From: Candidatus Sericytochromatia bacterium
GTDB taxonomy: Bacteria > Cyanobacteriota > Sericytochromatia > S15B-MN24 > JAQBPE01
Direction of reading: 5' to 3'
Length of the DNA: 53,418 nt
NCBI GenBank assembly: GCA_035285125.1
Contig: JAYKHR010000016.1
Coordinates: 1 to 53,418 of the forward strand
Shown one piece after another: positions 10,570-20,157 of this stretch. Position numbers and translations under genes: made by a program. Within the stretch, counting starts at the first letter, position 1. Each line of letters begins with the position of its first letter. A model generated the notes under the pieces. That model saw nothing but the letters and a program-made list of their open reading frames with translations, made no database searches and had not been told where the DNA came from.

Positions 10570-11264
10570 CGAGCAACCTGCTCGTCACTCACCACGCGGC
10601 CGTCGCGCAGCCGAACCAGGCGGCTGCAGCCCGCGGCGGCCTCGGGGGCGTGGGTGGCGAGCACGATCGTCTGGCCTTCCCGGGCGTTGAGCTCGCGGAA
10701 GATCGCGAGCACGGCCTCGCCCGTGGCGGAGTCGAGGCTGCCCGTGGGCTCGTCGGCCAGCAGCAACGCGGGGCGGTGGACGATGGCGCGGCCGATCGCC
10801 ACCCGCTGCATCTGGCCCCCGGAGAGCTGGTGCGGGTAGCGGTCCCCCAGCGCGCCAAGCCCCACGGCCTCCAGCGTGGCCACCACTGCCTGCTGCACGT
10901 CCGCCCCGCGCCGGCCCCCCAGCACCAGCGGCAGGGCCACGTTTTCCGCCGCCGTCAGGGTGGGCAGGAGGTTGAAAAACTGCGAGACAAAGCCGATGCG
11001 TTCCCGCCTGAGCAGCGTGCGGGCGTCGTCACCCAGCGCCTCTGTCCGGCTTCCCTCGACGAAGACGCTTCCCGCATCCGGGGCATCGATGAGGCCCGCG
11101 AGGTGGAGCAGCGTGCTCTTGCCGCAGCCGGAGGGGCCCATCAGGGCCACCATCTCGCCGCGCGCGACCACGAGGTCCACGCCGTCGAGGGCAGGCGGCG
11201 CCTCCGGGGCATAGCGGCGGTGCACCGCGACCAGGCGGAGCGCCTCGGCAGGAGAGTCGGTCAT
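10566..11264 (-). CDS. ABC transporter ATP-binding protein (LolD-like)
   Basis: Walker A GPSGCGKST, LSGGQMQRV, LLADEPTG, H-loop ATH. Start ATG 11264 (alternative GTG 11291). Confidence 0.92.
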   Translation of the reverse strand: MTDSPAEALRLVAVHRRYAPEAPPALDGVDLVVARGEMVALMGPSGCGKSTLLHLAGLIDAPDAGSVFVEGSRTEALGDDARTLLRRERIGFVSQFFNLLPTLTAAENVALPLVLGGRRGADVQQAVVATLEAVGLGALGDRYPHQLSGGQMQRVAIGRAIVHRPALLLADEPTGSLDSATGEAVLAIFRELNAREGQTIVLATHAPEAAAGCSRLVRLRDGRVVSDEQVAR

Positions 11265-11354
11265 CGGCAGCGCCCTCGCGGTCCCACCCACGCAGGCTGC
11301 GCCATCATAGCGCCCCCCCCCGGCGGCGACAAGCCGCCGGTGGCGGGCAATGCA

Positions 11355-12308
11355 TCACAGCAACGCCCGCACGGTGGAGCCCTCCTCCACCCCGGGGTCG
11401 GAGGGCTGAGCGGGGGCTGGCGCGCCCGTGGTGGGGGAGGCGCCGCCCGGTCCGTGCGGGGCGGGCGCCTCGACGGGGGGCACCGGCGGCGCGATGACGA
11501 CGGGCACCACCTCGGCCCGGGCCCGAGCGGGAAGGGGGTTGAATCGGCGCACGCCCCAAAGCCTGTTGCCGTCCCCCAGCCAGCGCGTGTGATCGGGCGT
11601 GTTGGGCGCCAGCGTCAGGTCGACGATGGGCTTGAGGTCCAGCGTGGACCAGCCGACCGTCCCGGTGCCGAGGTTGTCGTAGGTGCCGTAGGCCAGGTGC
11701 ACCGTGCCGTCCGGCTTCACCTCCACCACGTTGACGGTGTGGTCGACATCGCCGTCGTCGTCCCAGTCATAGAACAGGACGTCGCCGGGGCGAAGGTCCT
11801 CGAGATCGACGGCCCCCGTCAGGCGGTGCGCGCCTGCCGTGCCGTTCCCGTTTGCGTCGTTGACGGGACGCGTGTGGGACTTGGCGAGGTTGTCGGCGTT
11901 GAAGCCGGGCAGGAAGTGGTTGGGGCCCTGTACATTCGGCAGGCCGCCCGGGCGAGCCGGCGTGTAGACGTACCACCTCTCCGCCGCGGCACCGAGCGGG
12001 CTGGGGAGGCCGACGGCCTTGCAGAAGTCGACGAGCAGCCGAACGGCGAGGTCGGCGCAGTCGATCTCGACCCCCATCACCTGCAGCTGGCTGAGCCGGC
12101 GCTTGACGAAGGCCCCGTGCTCCCGCGCCGCCACCTCGTTCCAGCGACGGTCCTTCGCGTTGGTCGGCGCAGCGTCGTAGCGATCAATCACGCCGTCCCC
12201 GTCGCGGTCGGCCCGCGCCATCGGGGCGACGGGCGGAGGCGGCAGCACCGGCAGCCGGCGAGCAGGGCCGGTGGCGACGGGCAGCTGGGGGCGGACGGGA
12301 TCCGGCAT
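11355..12308 (-). CDS. papain-like (NlpC/P60/CHAP-clan) putative peptidoglycan amidase with DxDxDG motifs
   Basis: EIDCADLA (Cys) and PGDVLFYDWDDDGDVDHTVNVV (His); DRDGDGVIDRYD; highly similar to 44785..45786. Start MPDPVR at 12308 after AGAGG. Confidence 0.7.
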   Translation of the reverse strand: MPDPVRPQLPVATGPARRLPVLPPPPVAPMARADRDGDGVIDRYDAAPTNAKDRRWNEVAAREHGAFVKRRLSQLQVMGVEIDCADLAVRLLVDFCKAVGLPSPLGAAAERWYVYTPARPGGLPNVQGPNHFLPGFNADNLAKSHTRPVNDANGNGTAGAHRLTGAVDLEDLRPGDVLFYDWDDDGDVDHTVNVVEVKPDGTVHLAYGTYDNLGTGTVGWSTLDLKPIVDLTLAPNTPDHTRWLGDGNRLWGVRRFNPLPARARAEVVPVVIAPPVPPVEAPAPHGPGGASPTTGAPAPAQPSDPGVEEGSTVRALL

Positions 12309-12355
12309 GACAGACCTCTTGGAGCAGGGGCGCTGACACGAAGCGCCTGGCGACC

Positions 12356-12418
12356 TCATCGGCGCGGGTTGTTCCAGACGGGTTCCAGAGCCGCCCCGCT
12401 TTTTTAACAATTCCCTAA
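12356..12418 (-). promoter_or_regulatory. TTAG-N7-TTAA box plus sigma-28-like -10 GCCGATGA
   Basis: Plus strand TTAA (12404-07)-N7-CTAA (12415-18); TCATCGGC at 12356-63, 40 bp away. Confidence 0.55.
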
Positions 12419-12612
12419 CGCGACCCGGCGAGAGAGGCGAGCGCCGCAACCGCCAGACCGGGCTTGGGTGGCGGCCCGGAAGGTCCCGGCAAGCCGGCCT
12501 GCAACAGAGGGGGCGTGCCCGGGTATGGACCCTGTGTGCCGGGGTTGGCCCCGGACGTTCGAGACCCCCTCGCAGCCGGGCTCAGCCTGGCCAGCGACGC
12601 CGAGGAGCCACC

Positions 12613-13365
12613 ATGACCCACCGCCACGCCTTGCACGCCGCCCTGACCGAGCGCAACCTGCTCAAGGTCATTGCCGGCATCACCAACTTCGACCGCGACA
12701 GCGTGCTGTCGATCGCCCGCGCCGCCGCCGAGGGAGGGGCCCAGGCCATCGACATCGCCGCCGACGTGACGCTGGTCGAAGCCGTGAAGGCGCAGACCAA
12801 CCTCATTGTCTTCGTGTCCTCCACCGAGCCCGCGCGGCTGATCGCCTGCGCCGAGACCGCCGATGTGCTGGAGCTCGGCAACTTCGACGCGCTGTACCGG
12901 GCGGGCATCCACCCCACCGGCGCCGAGATTCTCGGCTGGGCCCGTGAGGTGAAAGCCGCCATCGGCGACCGTGTGCCGCTCTGCGTGACGGTCTCGGGCC
13001 ACCTGCCCGTGGCCGAGCAGAAGGCCCTCGCGGCAGACCTCGAGGCCCTCGGCGTCGACATGCTGCAAACGGAGGGTCAGGTCGGCCCCGAGTCCGACGA
13101 CACCTTCAAGGCCCTGTCGGGCGCCGTTGCCGCGTTGGCCAACACGGCGGAGATCCGCCAGGCCGTGTCGCTGCCCCTGCTGCTCGCCGGCGGCTTCAAC
13201 CGGGTGTCGGCCTCGTTCGTGCCCGGCTCCGGCGCGGACGCGCTCGGCGTGGGCAAGGCCATCGCGCGTCACGCCACGCACGCCGAGAAGGTCGCCGAGG
13301 TGAAGGCCATCCGCGAAGCCCTCGAGGGCGCGCGCGCCGCCGGCCGGGGGCTGGCGACGGTCTAG
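12613..13365 (+). CDS. DUF561/Ycf23-family TIM-barrel protein
   Basis: LKVIAGITNFD, AAEGGAQAIDIAAD, LELGNFDALY, VTVSGHL, DMLQTEG match my recollection of the cyanobacterial/plastid Ycf23 family; RBS GAGGAG. Confidence 0.8.
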   Translation: MTHRHALHAALTERNLLKVIAGITNFDRDSVLSIARAAAEGGAQAIDIAADVTLVEAVKAQTNLIVFVSSTEPARLIACAETADVLELGNFDALYRAGIHPTGAEILGWAREVKAAIGDRVPLCVTVSGHLPVAEQKALAADLEALGVDMLQTEGQVGPESDDTFKALSGAVAALANTAEIRQAVSLPLLLAGGFNRVSASFVPGSGADALGVGKAIARHATHAEKVAEVKAIREALEGARAAGRGLATV

Positions 13366-13380
13366 GTTCGCGACCCGCGC

Positions 13381-13408
13381 GGGGGCCGTCTCGGTCGAGG
13401 CGGCCCCC
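13381..13408. terminator. GC-rich hairpin after the DUF561 gene
   Basis: GGGGGCCGTCTCG-GT-CGAGGCGGCCCCC followed by AAAA. Confidence 0.65.
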
Positions 13409-13462
13409 AAAACGTTGGGGCCCTGACGGACGCAGCCGTCTCGCGCACGGCCCCAGCGGCCC

Positions 13463-13632
13463 GTTACCTCGTTCCCCCTGCATTCTGGGGCTGGCCTTCG
13501 GTCCCACGTCCAACCGCAAGGTGCTTTACGTCGTGGAGCCCTACCCGCGGAGGATTCGCAGGGTCGTGCTGCCCTGACCCCGGGGGCGGCGCCCGGAACA
13601 CAGGTGGCAGCCCGACGCCTCTCCCTGGTAAC
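13463..13632 (+). ncRNA. candidate structured RNA, possibly 6S RNA-like
   Basis: End-to-end pairing: GTTACC/GGTAAC, CCTG/CAGG, TTCTGGG/CCCGGAA, GCTG-GCC/GGCGGC. Inner hairpins ACC-GCAA-GGT and GCGGA/TTCGC. About 170 nt, intergenic. Confidence 0.35.
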
Positions 13633-13664
13633 CTGAAGGAGCAGATCTTCTCCAGGAGCCCCCC

Positions 13665-15155
13665 GTGACCGTCGACCTTGAGACCCTCCCCGAACAGGCG
13701 CGCGTGCGCCGCCAGAAGCTGCAAGCGCTGAAGGACGCCGGCCTCGAGGCCTACCCGACGCGCTACGACCGTACGGCCACGGCTGCTGAGCTGCAGACGC
13801 GCTACGCCGGGCTCGAGGCGGGCACCGACCTCGCCGACGTGGCCCGCGTGGCGGGCCGCCTGATGGGGCGCCGCGGGCAGGGCAAGCTCGTGTTCGCGGA
13901 CCTCGTCGACGAGTCCGGCAAGATCCAGCTGACCTTCTCACTCGACGCCCTGGGCGAGGAGACGATGGGCCGCCTGGACCTGCTCGACCTCGGGGATCTC
14001 ATCGGCGTGGAGGGCACCATCCGCCGCACCAAGCGCGGTGAGCTCTCCGTGGCGGCGACGGGGTGGACCTTCCTCGCCAAGTGCCTGAACCCGCTGCCCG
14101 AGAAGTGGCACGGGCTGTCGGACGTGGAGCTGCGCTACCGCCAGCGCTACCTCGACCTCATCGTGAACCCCGAGACGCGCGACGTCTTCCGCAAGCGCTC
14201 GCTGGTGATCCGCACGATCCGCCGGATGCTGGAGGAAAAGGGCTTCATCGAGGTCGAGACGCCCATGCTGCAGGCCATCCCGGGCGGCGCCGCGGCGCGG
14301 CCGTTCAACACGCACCACAACGCGCTCGACGTGCCGCTCCACCTGCGCATCTCGCCGGAGCTTTACCTGAAGCGGCTCGTGGTGGGCGGCTTCGAGAAGG
14401 TCTTCGACCTCAACAAGAACTTCCGCAATGAGGGCATCTCGACCCGCCACAACCCCGAGTTCACGATGATGGAGCTGTACCAAGCCTACGCCGACTACCG
14501 CGACATCATGGACCTCACGGAGGAGCTGGTCTGCGGCGCCGTCGAGGCCGCCTGCGGCTCGCTCACGATCCCCTACCAGGGCACGACGCTCGACTTCACG
14601 CGCCCCTGGCGGCGGGCCACGATGGCTGAGCTGATCGCGGAGAAGCTCAGCGTGGACGTCTCCACGCTTGACGTGGCGGGGCTGAAGGAGCTGGCCGGCA
14701 GGGTCAACGCCAAGGCGCCGCCGCTCCCCACGCACGGCCACTACGTCAACGAGATCTTCGAGGCCACCTGCGAGGACGCCCTCATCCAGCCGACCTTCGT
14801 GATCGACCACCCCGTCGAGATCTCCCCCCTCGCCAAGCGCAAGCCCGAGGCGCCGCACCTCACCGAGCGCTTCGAGGTCTTCGTGGCCGGCCGGGAGCTC
14901 GGCAACGCCTTCTCGGAGCTCAATGACCCCGTCGACCAGCGGGGCCGCTTCGAGGCCCAGGCCGCCGAGCGGGCGGCAGGCAACGACGAGGCCCACCACA
15001 TCGACGAGGACTACCTCAACGCGCTGGAGCTCGGGCTGCCGCCCACGGGTGGCCTCGGCATCGGCATCGATCGCCTGGTGATGCTGGTGGCTGACACGGC
15101 CTCGATCCGCGACGTGATCCTCTTCCCGCACATGCGGCCGCGGGCTGAGGGCTGA
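13665..15155 (+). CDS. lysS: lysine--tRNA ligase (class II)
   Basis: ELRYRQRYLDL, GGAAARPF.THHNALD, LRISPELYLKRL, FRNEGISTRHNPEFTM, PPTGGLGIGIDRL. Confidence 0.98.
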   Translation: MTVDLETLPEQARVRRQKLQALKDAGLEAYPTRYDRTATAAELQTRYAGLEAGTDLADVARVAGRLMGRRGQGKLVFADLVDESGKIQLTFSLDALGEETMGRLDLLDLGDLIGVEGTIRRTKRGELSVAATGWTFLAKCLNPLPEKWHGLSDVELRYRQRYLDLIVNPETRDVFRKRSLVIRTIRRMLEEKGFIEVETPMLQAIPGGAAARPFNTHHNALDVPLHLRISPELYLKRLVVGGFEKVFDLNKNFRNEGISTRHNPEFTMMELYQAYADYRDIMDLTEELVCGAVEAACGSLTIPYQGTTLDFTRPWRRATMAELIAEKLSVDVSTLDVAGLKELAGRVNAKAPPLPTHGHYVNEIFEATCEDALIQPTFVIDHPVEISPLAKRKPEAPHLTERFEVFVAGRELGNAFSELNDPVDQRGRFEAQAAERAAGNDEAHHIDEDYLNALELGLPPTGGLGIGIDRLVMLVADTASIRDVILFPHMRPRAEG

Positions 15156-15183
15156 GCGCGTTGCGGCGGCCCTTGGATCGGTC

Positions 15184-15246
15184 TTAAGCCCTTTTTAACC
15201 GCGCAAGGACCCGGCGTGAGCGGCCTGTTGGCCCTCCACCCGACAT
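15184..15246 (+). promoter_or_regulatory. TTAA-N7-TTAA box plus sigma-28-like -10 CCCGACAT
   Basis: TTAA (15184-87)-GCCCTTT-TTAA (15195-98); CCCGACAT at 15239-46, 40 bp downstream. Confidence 0.55.
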
Positions 15247-15279
15247 CAGGCACCAGCCCCACCCCCGAGGAGTGCTCGC

Positions 15280-16119
15280 GTGCCCGCCATCCCCGCTCAC
15301 CCCATCCTGGCCGGTCCCCCCCAGCAGCCCCCGATGCCTGGCCTTCCCCGGCAGGTGGCGGGCCCGGAGGCCCCCCGGCCCGAGCTTCCCCCCGACACCT
15401 GGACGCCCCGCCGCCGCTCGCCGGACCCGGTGACGCCGCGGGCTTGGAGCTGGGGTTCGGTGAAGATCTTCCGGCTCGGCGATCCCCCGCTGGCCGAGCC
15501 CCAGCTGCCGCCCGTGCTCGATCCGCGGCTCGCGGCACGGGGCGTGGGGCCGGACCGCAAGCTGGACGGCCTCGACCTCGTGGGGGTGGACCTGCGGGGC
15601 GTGGAGCTGACGCGCGCCACCGGCCGGGGGGCCAGGCTGTCCCGCGCCATCCTGCGCGACGCCCGCCTCGAGGGCGACTTCCGGGGCGCCAGCCTGGCGC
15701 AGGCGGACCTGACGTGGGCCAACGTGGGGCGCTCAGACCTGCGCGGCGCCGACTTGCGTGGCGCAGACCTCTCGAACGCCCTGCTCAAGGGGGCGAGCCT
15801 TGAGGAGGCCGACATGCGCGGGGCCCGGCTCGTCGGCAACGACCTCGTCGAGGCCCGGCTGGCGCGGGTGAACCTGGCCGCGACCTCGCTCTTTGGCCTG
15901 GACCTCACCCGCGCTAGCCTCCACGGAGCCGACCTGCGGGACGCCGACCTGCGCAACGCCCAGCTGCGGAAGGCAGACCTGCGCAACGCGGACCTCCGCG
16001 GCGCCTGGCTGGCAGGTGCCGACCTCACGGGCGCCGACATGCGCGGCGCGGACCTGCGGGGGGCCCACGTCCACCCCGTGCAGCTGGCGCGCGCCGTCAC
16101 GGCGGGGGCGCTGCGCTGA
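15280..16119 (+). CDS. pentapeptide-repeat protein with Pro-rich N-terminus
   Basis: About 30 A(D/N)LxG-type repeats in the C-terminal two thirds; GTG start after GAGGAG. Confidence 0.9.
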   Translation: MPAIPAHPILAGPPQQPPMPGLPRQVAGPEAPRPELPPDTWTPRRRSPDPVTPRAWSWGSVKIFRLGDPPLAEPQLPPVLDPRLAARGVGPDRKLDGLDLVGVDLRGVELTRATGRGARLSRAILRDARLEGDFRGASLAQADLTWANVGRSDLRGADLRGADLSNALLKGASLEEADMRGARLVGNDLVEARLARVNLAATSLFGLDLTRASLHGADLRDADLRNAQLRKADLRNADLRGAWLAGADLTGADMRGADLRGAHVHPVQLARAVTAGALR

Positions 16120-16219
16120 GGGGAGCGGCTGGGCCCGCCAGCGGCCCAGGCCACGCGTGCCAGGGCCACCCGCCCCGGGTATGAACTGGCTGCAACCGTA
16201 GCACCAGGAGACCCCCCCC

Positions 16220-17218
16220 TTGCAGATCCGACACACCCTGCCCGCCACCCTGACGCTCGCCTCCGCGTGCCTGCTGGCCGGCTGCCCCAACGTGATCCTG
16301 ACGACCGCCCCCCTGAACACCCCGCCCGGGTCACCCGGCCCGAGCGCCAGCGCGGTGGCGTCCTCGCCCGACGCCAAGGCGAGCCCGGCCCAGGCCCCCA
16401 CCCAAACGCCCCAACCCGCGGCGACGGCGTCGACCCCCGCGCTCCCCGCGAGCGCGCTGCCGAAGATCGAAGGCACGCCGCAGCCCTACGACAAGGCCGA
16501 GGCCTGTGACGCGGAGGCGGACCTGCTGCCCCACTACTTCCTGCCGACGTACGATGGCGGGAAGCCGGCAGAGGCCGGATGGCGGCTGGTGGCCACCAAC
16601 CCCGCCGCCACCAAGCAGTTCTCGTGGGCGAAGCTCGCCGACGGCGCCACGCCCGTCACCCTGGCGGTGCCTGAGGGCTGCGAGCTGAAGCTGGCCCTCG
16701 TGCGGTCCGGTAGCCAGACGGAGAGGCTCTTCACCGTGGCCGTGAAGGGCAAGGACACGATGGAAGACCCGATCAAGGTCGACTTCCCGGCGCTGCCAGC
16801 GCAGGAAGAGCCGACGCCAGAGCCGGAGACCTCCGCGGCCCCCACGCCCAAGCCCTCCCCCACGCCGACGCCCAAGCCCACGCCGCCGCAGGGCTACAAG
16901 CTGGTGCTCTGCAACGTGAAGGTCTACACCTACGCCGAGTACGAGAAGCCCAAGCAGCTCCACTTCGTGCTGCCCGGCCAGCCCGCCAGCGCCCCCGGCT
17001 GGACCATGGCGTCCATCCAGTGGACGGGCACCCTCTCCGACGGCCAGCCGATCGGCAACGGCGACGTGGAGGTGCCCTGGGGCCAGCCCCTCGACGTGTG
17101 GCAGGTCTTCGAGGACGGCAAGGTCACCAAGGCCGTCAGCGGCCAGGAGTTCGAGCAGTCTGGCGCCCTGACGAACAAGGATGGCCTCTGGCTTTACGAC
17201 CACCCGGACAAGAAGTAG
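16220..17218 (+). CDS. hypothetical lipoprotein
   Basis: Lipobox LLAGC, two Pro/Thr linkers, AGGAG RBS before TTG, coding-like composition. Confidence 0.8.
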   Translation: MQIRHTLPATLTLASACLLAGCPNVILTTAPLNTPPGSPGPSASAVASSPDAKASPAQAPTQTPQPAATASTPALPASALPKIEGTPQPYDKAEACDAEADLLPHYFLPTYDGGKPAEAGWRLVATNPAATKQFSWAKLADGATPVTLAVPEGCELKLALVRSGSQTERLFTVAVKGKDTMEDPIKVDFPALPAQEEPTPEPETSAAPTPKPSPTPTPKPTPPQGYKLVLCNVKVYTYAEYEKPKQLHFVLPGQPASAPGWTMASIQWTGTLSDGQPIGNGDVEVPWGQPLDVWQVFEDGKVTKAVSGQEFEQSGALTNKDGLWLYDHPDKK

Positions 17219-17304
17219 CCTCCGCCTGTGGTCCGTCGGCCCGGCGCGCTCCTTGAGCGGGTCGGGCCTTCCCGTTGGTGAACCGGCCTCGCCGCGCTCG
17301 ACCG

Positions 17305-18891
17305 TCAGGAGCTGCAAGACAGCATCGAGCAACCCGCCCGGTGGCGCGCCCACTCCGGGCGCCGGCGGGCGAAGGCCTCGCGCCCGGGCTGCTCGTCGTA
17401 AGGCCGGCGCATCACCTCGAGCAGGGCCGCGATGCCTGCGGCATCTCCCTGGGCCGCCGCATCGATGGCCTCCTGCGCGAGGTAGTTGCGCAGCACGTAG
17501 CGCGGGTTGGCCCGGTTCATGGCCGCCCGACGCGTGGCCGGGGGGAGGGCCTGGTCGCGCACCCGAGCAGCCCAGCGTCCCAACCAGGCCACCAGCTCCT
17601 CCGCCACGGCCTCTCGCTTGCCCGCGTCGTAGAACGCCTCCTCGACGGGCGCGAGCGTGGGAGCCTCCACGTCGACCTCCGCCAGGCCGCGGTAGAACAA
17701 CGTCATGTCCACCTCGCCCCGCTGCATCAGGCCCTCCAGCGCCCGCCCCAGCGCGAGGTCCTCGTCGCCCCGGCAGGCGTCGAGCCCCAGCTTCGCCGCC
17801 ACGTTCCGCCTCGTGGCTGCGTTGAAGGCGTCCGCGTAGGCGTCGAGGCCCTCCTGGAGCAGCGCCTGTGGTTCGATCAGGGGCGAGAGGGCCTCCGCCA
17901 GCCTGACGAGGTTCCACATCGCGATCGCCGGCTGCTGACCGAAGGCATACCGCCGGTGGGTCCTGTCGGTGGTGTTCGGCGTCCAGCGCGGGTCGAAGTC
18001 CTCCATCCAGCCGTAAGGACCGTAGTCCAGCGTCTGTCCGAGCAGGCTCATGTTGTCGGTGTTCATCACGCCATGCACGAACCCAACGCGCATCCAGCCC
18101 GCCACCATCTCGGCCGTACGCGTGCAAACCTCCCGGAACATCGCCGCGTAGCCCTCGGGCCCGGGCGCTCCGAGCTCAGGGTAGCAGCGGCGCAGGGCAA
18201 ACGCGGCCAGCTGCCCCAGCAGGCCCACGTCCCCGCGCGCGGCCGGGAGCTCGAGGTGGCCGAAGCGCAAGAAGCTCGGGGCCACCCGGCAGACAACGGC
18301 GCCGGGCTCAGGGCGGGGGTTGCCGTCGTAGAACATGTCGCGCACGACGGCATCCCCTGTGAGCACGAGGCTGAGCGCCCGCGTCGTCGGCACACCGAGG
18401 TGGTGCATGGCCTCGCTGCACAGAAACTCACGTACCGAGGATCGCAGCACGGCACGGCCGTCCGACCCGCGGGAGTAGGGAGTGGGGCCAGCCCCCTTGA
18501 GCTGCAGCTCCCAGCGCTGGCCGACCTCGGCAAGCACCTCGCCAAGCGAAAGCGCCCGCCCATCCCCGAGCTGGCCGGCCCAGGCCCCGAACTGATGCCC
18601 GCCGTAGCACGTGGCCCAGGGTTCCATGCCCGGAGCCAGGGCGTTGCCGCCGAAGACCTCGGCGAAGGCCTCAGACGCGACGGCCTCAGGCGGCAGGCCC
18701 AGCAGCGCCGCCACCTCGGCCGAGTACGCCAGCAGCCGGGGCGCGGCCACGGCGCTGGGGGTGACGCGCGACGAGGCGGCGCCATGCACCTGCCTGCTGC
18801 CTGCGGCCGTCACGGCCTCCACCGGCAGCTCCCGCAGCCAGGCGTTGTCGAAGCGCCACGGGGGCAGGGGCGAGTCACGGAGGATGCGCAT
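17305..18891 (-). CDS. selO: SelO/YdiU protein adenylyltransferase
   Basis: [56 protein letters not shown]-terminal CSMLSCSS. Start ATG 18891 after GGAGG. Confidence 0.95.
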   Translation of the reverse strand: MRILRDSPLPPWRFDNAWLRELPVEAVTAAGSRQVHGAASSRVTPSAVAAPRLLAYSAEVAALLGLPPEAVASEAFAEVFGGNALAPGMEPWATCYGGHQFGAWAGQLGDGRALSLGEVLAEVGQRWELQLKGAGPTPYSRGSDGRAVLRSSVREFLCSEAMHHLGVPTTRALSLVLTGDAVVRDMFYDGNPRPEPGAVVCRVAPSFLRFGHLELPAARGDVGLLGQLAAFALRRCYPELGAPGPEGYAAMFREVCTRTAEMVAGWMRVGFVHGVMNTDNMSLLGQTLDYGPYGWMEDFDPRWTPNTTDRTHRRYAFGQQPAIAMWNLVRLAEALSPLIEPQALLQEGLDAYADAFNAATRRNVAAKLGLDACRGDEDLALGRALEGLMQRGEVDMTLFYRGLAEVDVEAPTLAPVEEAFYDAGKREAVAEELVAWLGRWAARVRDQALPPATRRAAMNRANPRYVLRNYLAQEAIDAAAQGDAAGIAALLEVMRRPYDEQPGREAFARRRPEWARHRAGCSMLSCSS

Positions 18892-19063
18892 CCGAGAAAC
18901 CTCCAAGGCCACGGGGACGGCGCGGGGCGCGGCCCGTGCCGGGAACATCAGGCCAGCTGGCGCCCTCAGCCTCTCACGGCCCCTCCCGCCGGTCAAGCCG
19001 GGCCAGCCGAGGCGCGCGACGGAGCCCACCAGGGGGTGAGGTCAGCGGGGTGACGCGAAACTG

Positions 19064-19100
19064 TTGATCAACCATTGCCAGCTGATTAGAAGCTCGTTAA
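19064..19100. promoter_or_regulatory. four TT-initiated boxes with 11-bp period ending TTAG-N7-TTAA
   Basis: TTGA (19064), TTGC (19075), TTAG (19086), TTAA (19097) in the divergent selO/TPR intergenic region. Confidence 0.45.
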
Positions 19101-19167
19101 ATGGCGAAAGTCCCGGCGCCAGGGCACCGACACCACGGTGTGGTGACGCTCAGCGCGAGGCCCCTGG

Positions 19168-20112
19168 ATGCTCAAGACCTACCTGGATGCCTTGCTGCAG
19201 CGCGCCTCGGGCGAGGAGGCCCTCGCCTCCGCCCGAGAGAGCGGGCTGGCCGCCGTCTCAGCGGGCCGCCATGCGGAGGCCCTGCCCGCCCTGCGGGCCG
19301 CCCACGGCTCGGTGCCTGACGACCGCGAGGTGCTGATGGCGCTGGTGCAGGCCGCCCGCACCGTCGGTCGCTGGGTCGAGGTCGAGGCGGTGCTGCGCAC
19401 CGGACTGCTCAAGGCCCCCCACGATCCCGTGCTGCACCTCGATCGTGCCGACGCCCTGCGGGCGCTGGGTCGCACGCCGGAGGCCCGCACCTCGCTGGAG
19501 CGCGTCATCAAGCTGGCGCCGTCGAACGCGGCCGCGCATGCCCGCCTGGGCGGCTGGTCGTTCGAAGACGGGGACGACGCAGCGGCCCTGCCATCGCTCG
19601 AGAACGCCCTGCAACTGGATCCGCGCGTGGCTGAGCCCCGCTACCAGGTGGCGGTGATCGCGCTCCGGCAGGGCGATACGGCCCGTGCCAAGGCGCAGCT
19701 CACGCTCCTGCAGCGCTTCCACCCCACCTACCCGAGCACCCCGCGCCTGCTCGCCTGGATTGCCGAGGAGGCCGCGGATTGGCGGGAGGCGGCCCGGTGC
19801 TGGGGCGACGCGCTGCTGACGGAGGGCGAGAACACCGACGCCCTGTGCAGCCTCGGCAAGGCGCACCTGGCCCTCCACGAGCGCGGTCCGGCGCTGGAGG
19901 CCTTCCTGATGGCTGTCGAGGTGGACGCCTCCTGCCACCCAGCGCGGCTGGCGGCGGCCCGTCTGGCGGCGCTGGCAGGGGAGCGAGAGCTCGCCTTGAG
20001 GCTGTTCGAGGTCCTCGCGCAGCAAGAGGCCTACCGCAACGACGCGATGGAGGCGATCTCCCGGCTGACCAACACCCTCCCGACGACCAACCGGGCTGCC
20101 GTAGGCCCCTGA
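19168..20112 (+). CDS. tetratricopeptide-repeat protein
   Basis: Repeated A...LG...A...L..A..L.P helical units throughout. Confidence 0.85.
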   Translation: MLKTYLDALLQRASGEEALASARESGLAAVSAGRHAEALPALRAAHGSVPDDREVLMALVQAARTVGRWVEVEAVLRTGLLKAPHDPVLHLDRADALRALGRTPEARTSLERVIKLAPSNAAAHARLGGWSFEDGDDAAALPSLENALQLDPRVAEPRYQVAVIALRQGDTARAKAQLTLLQRFHPTYPSTPRLLAWIAEEAADWREAARCWGDALLTEGENTDALCSLGKAHLALHERGPALEAFLMAVEVDASCHPARLAAARLAALAGERELALRLFEVLAQQEAYRNDAMEAISRLTNTLPTTNRAAVGP

Positions 20113-20157
20113 GACAGCGGCGCGCCCTGGCCCTGAGGCCCGAGCGGCCACGCCGGC

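Noticed and set aside
13598..13618. AGGTGGCAGCCCG as a T-box for lysS
   Set aside because: Lacks the exact UGGNACC bulge, a following terminator and a recognisable specifier stem.
17305..17330. Selenocysteine in SelO
   Set aside because: Ends CSMLSCSS then TGA, the usual Cys-type bacterial C-terminus; no readthrough is needed.
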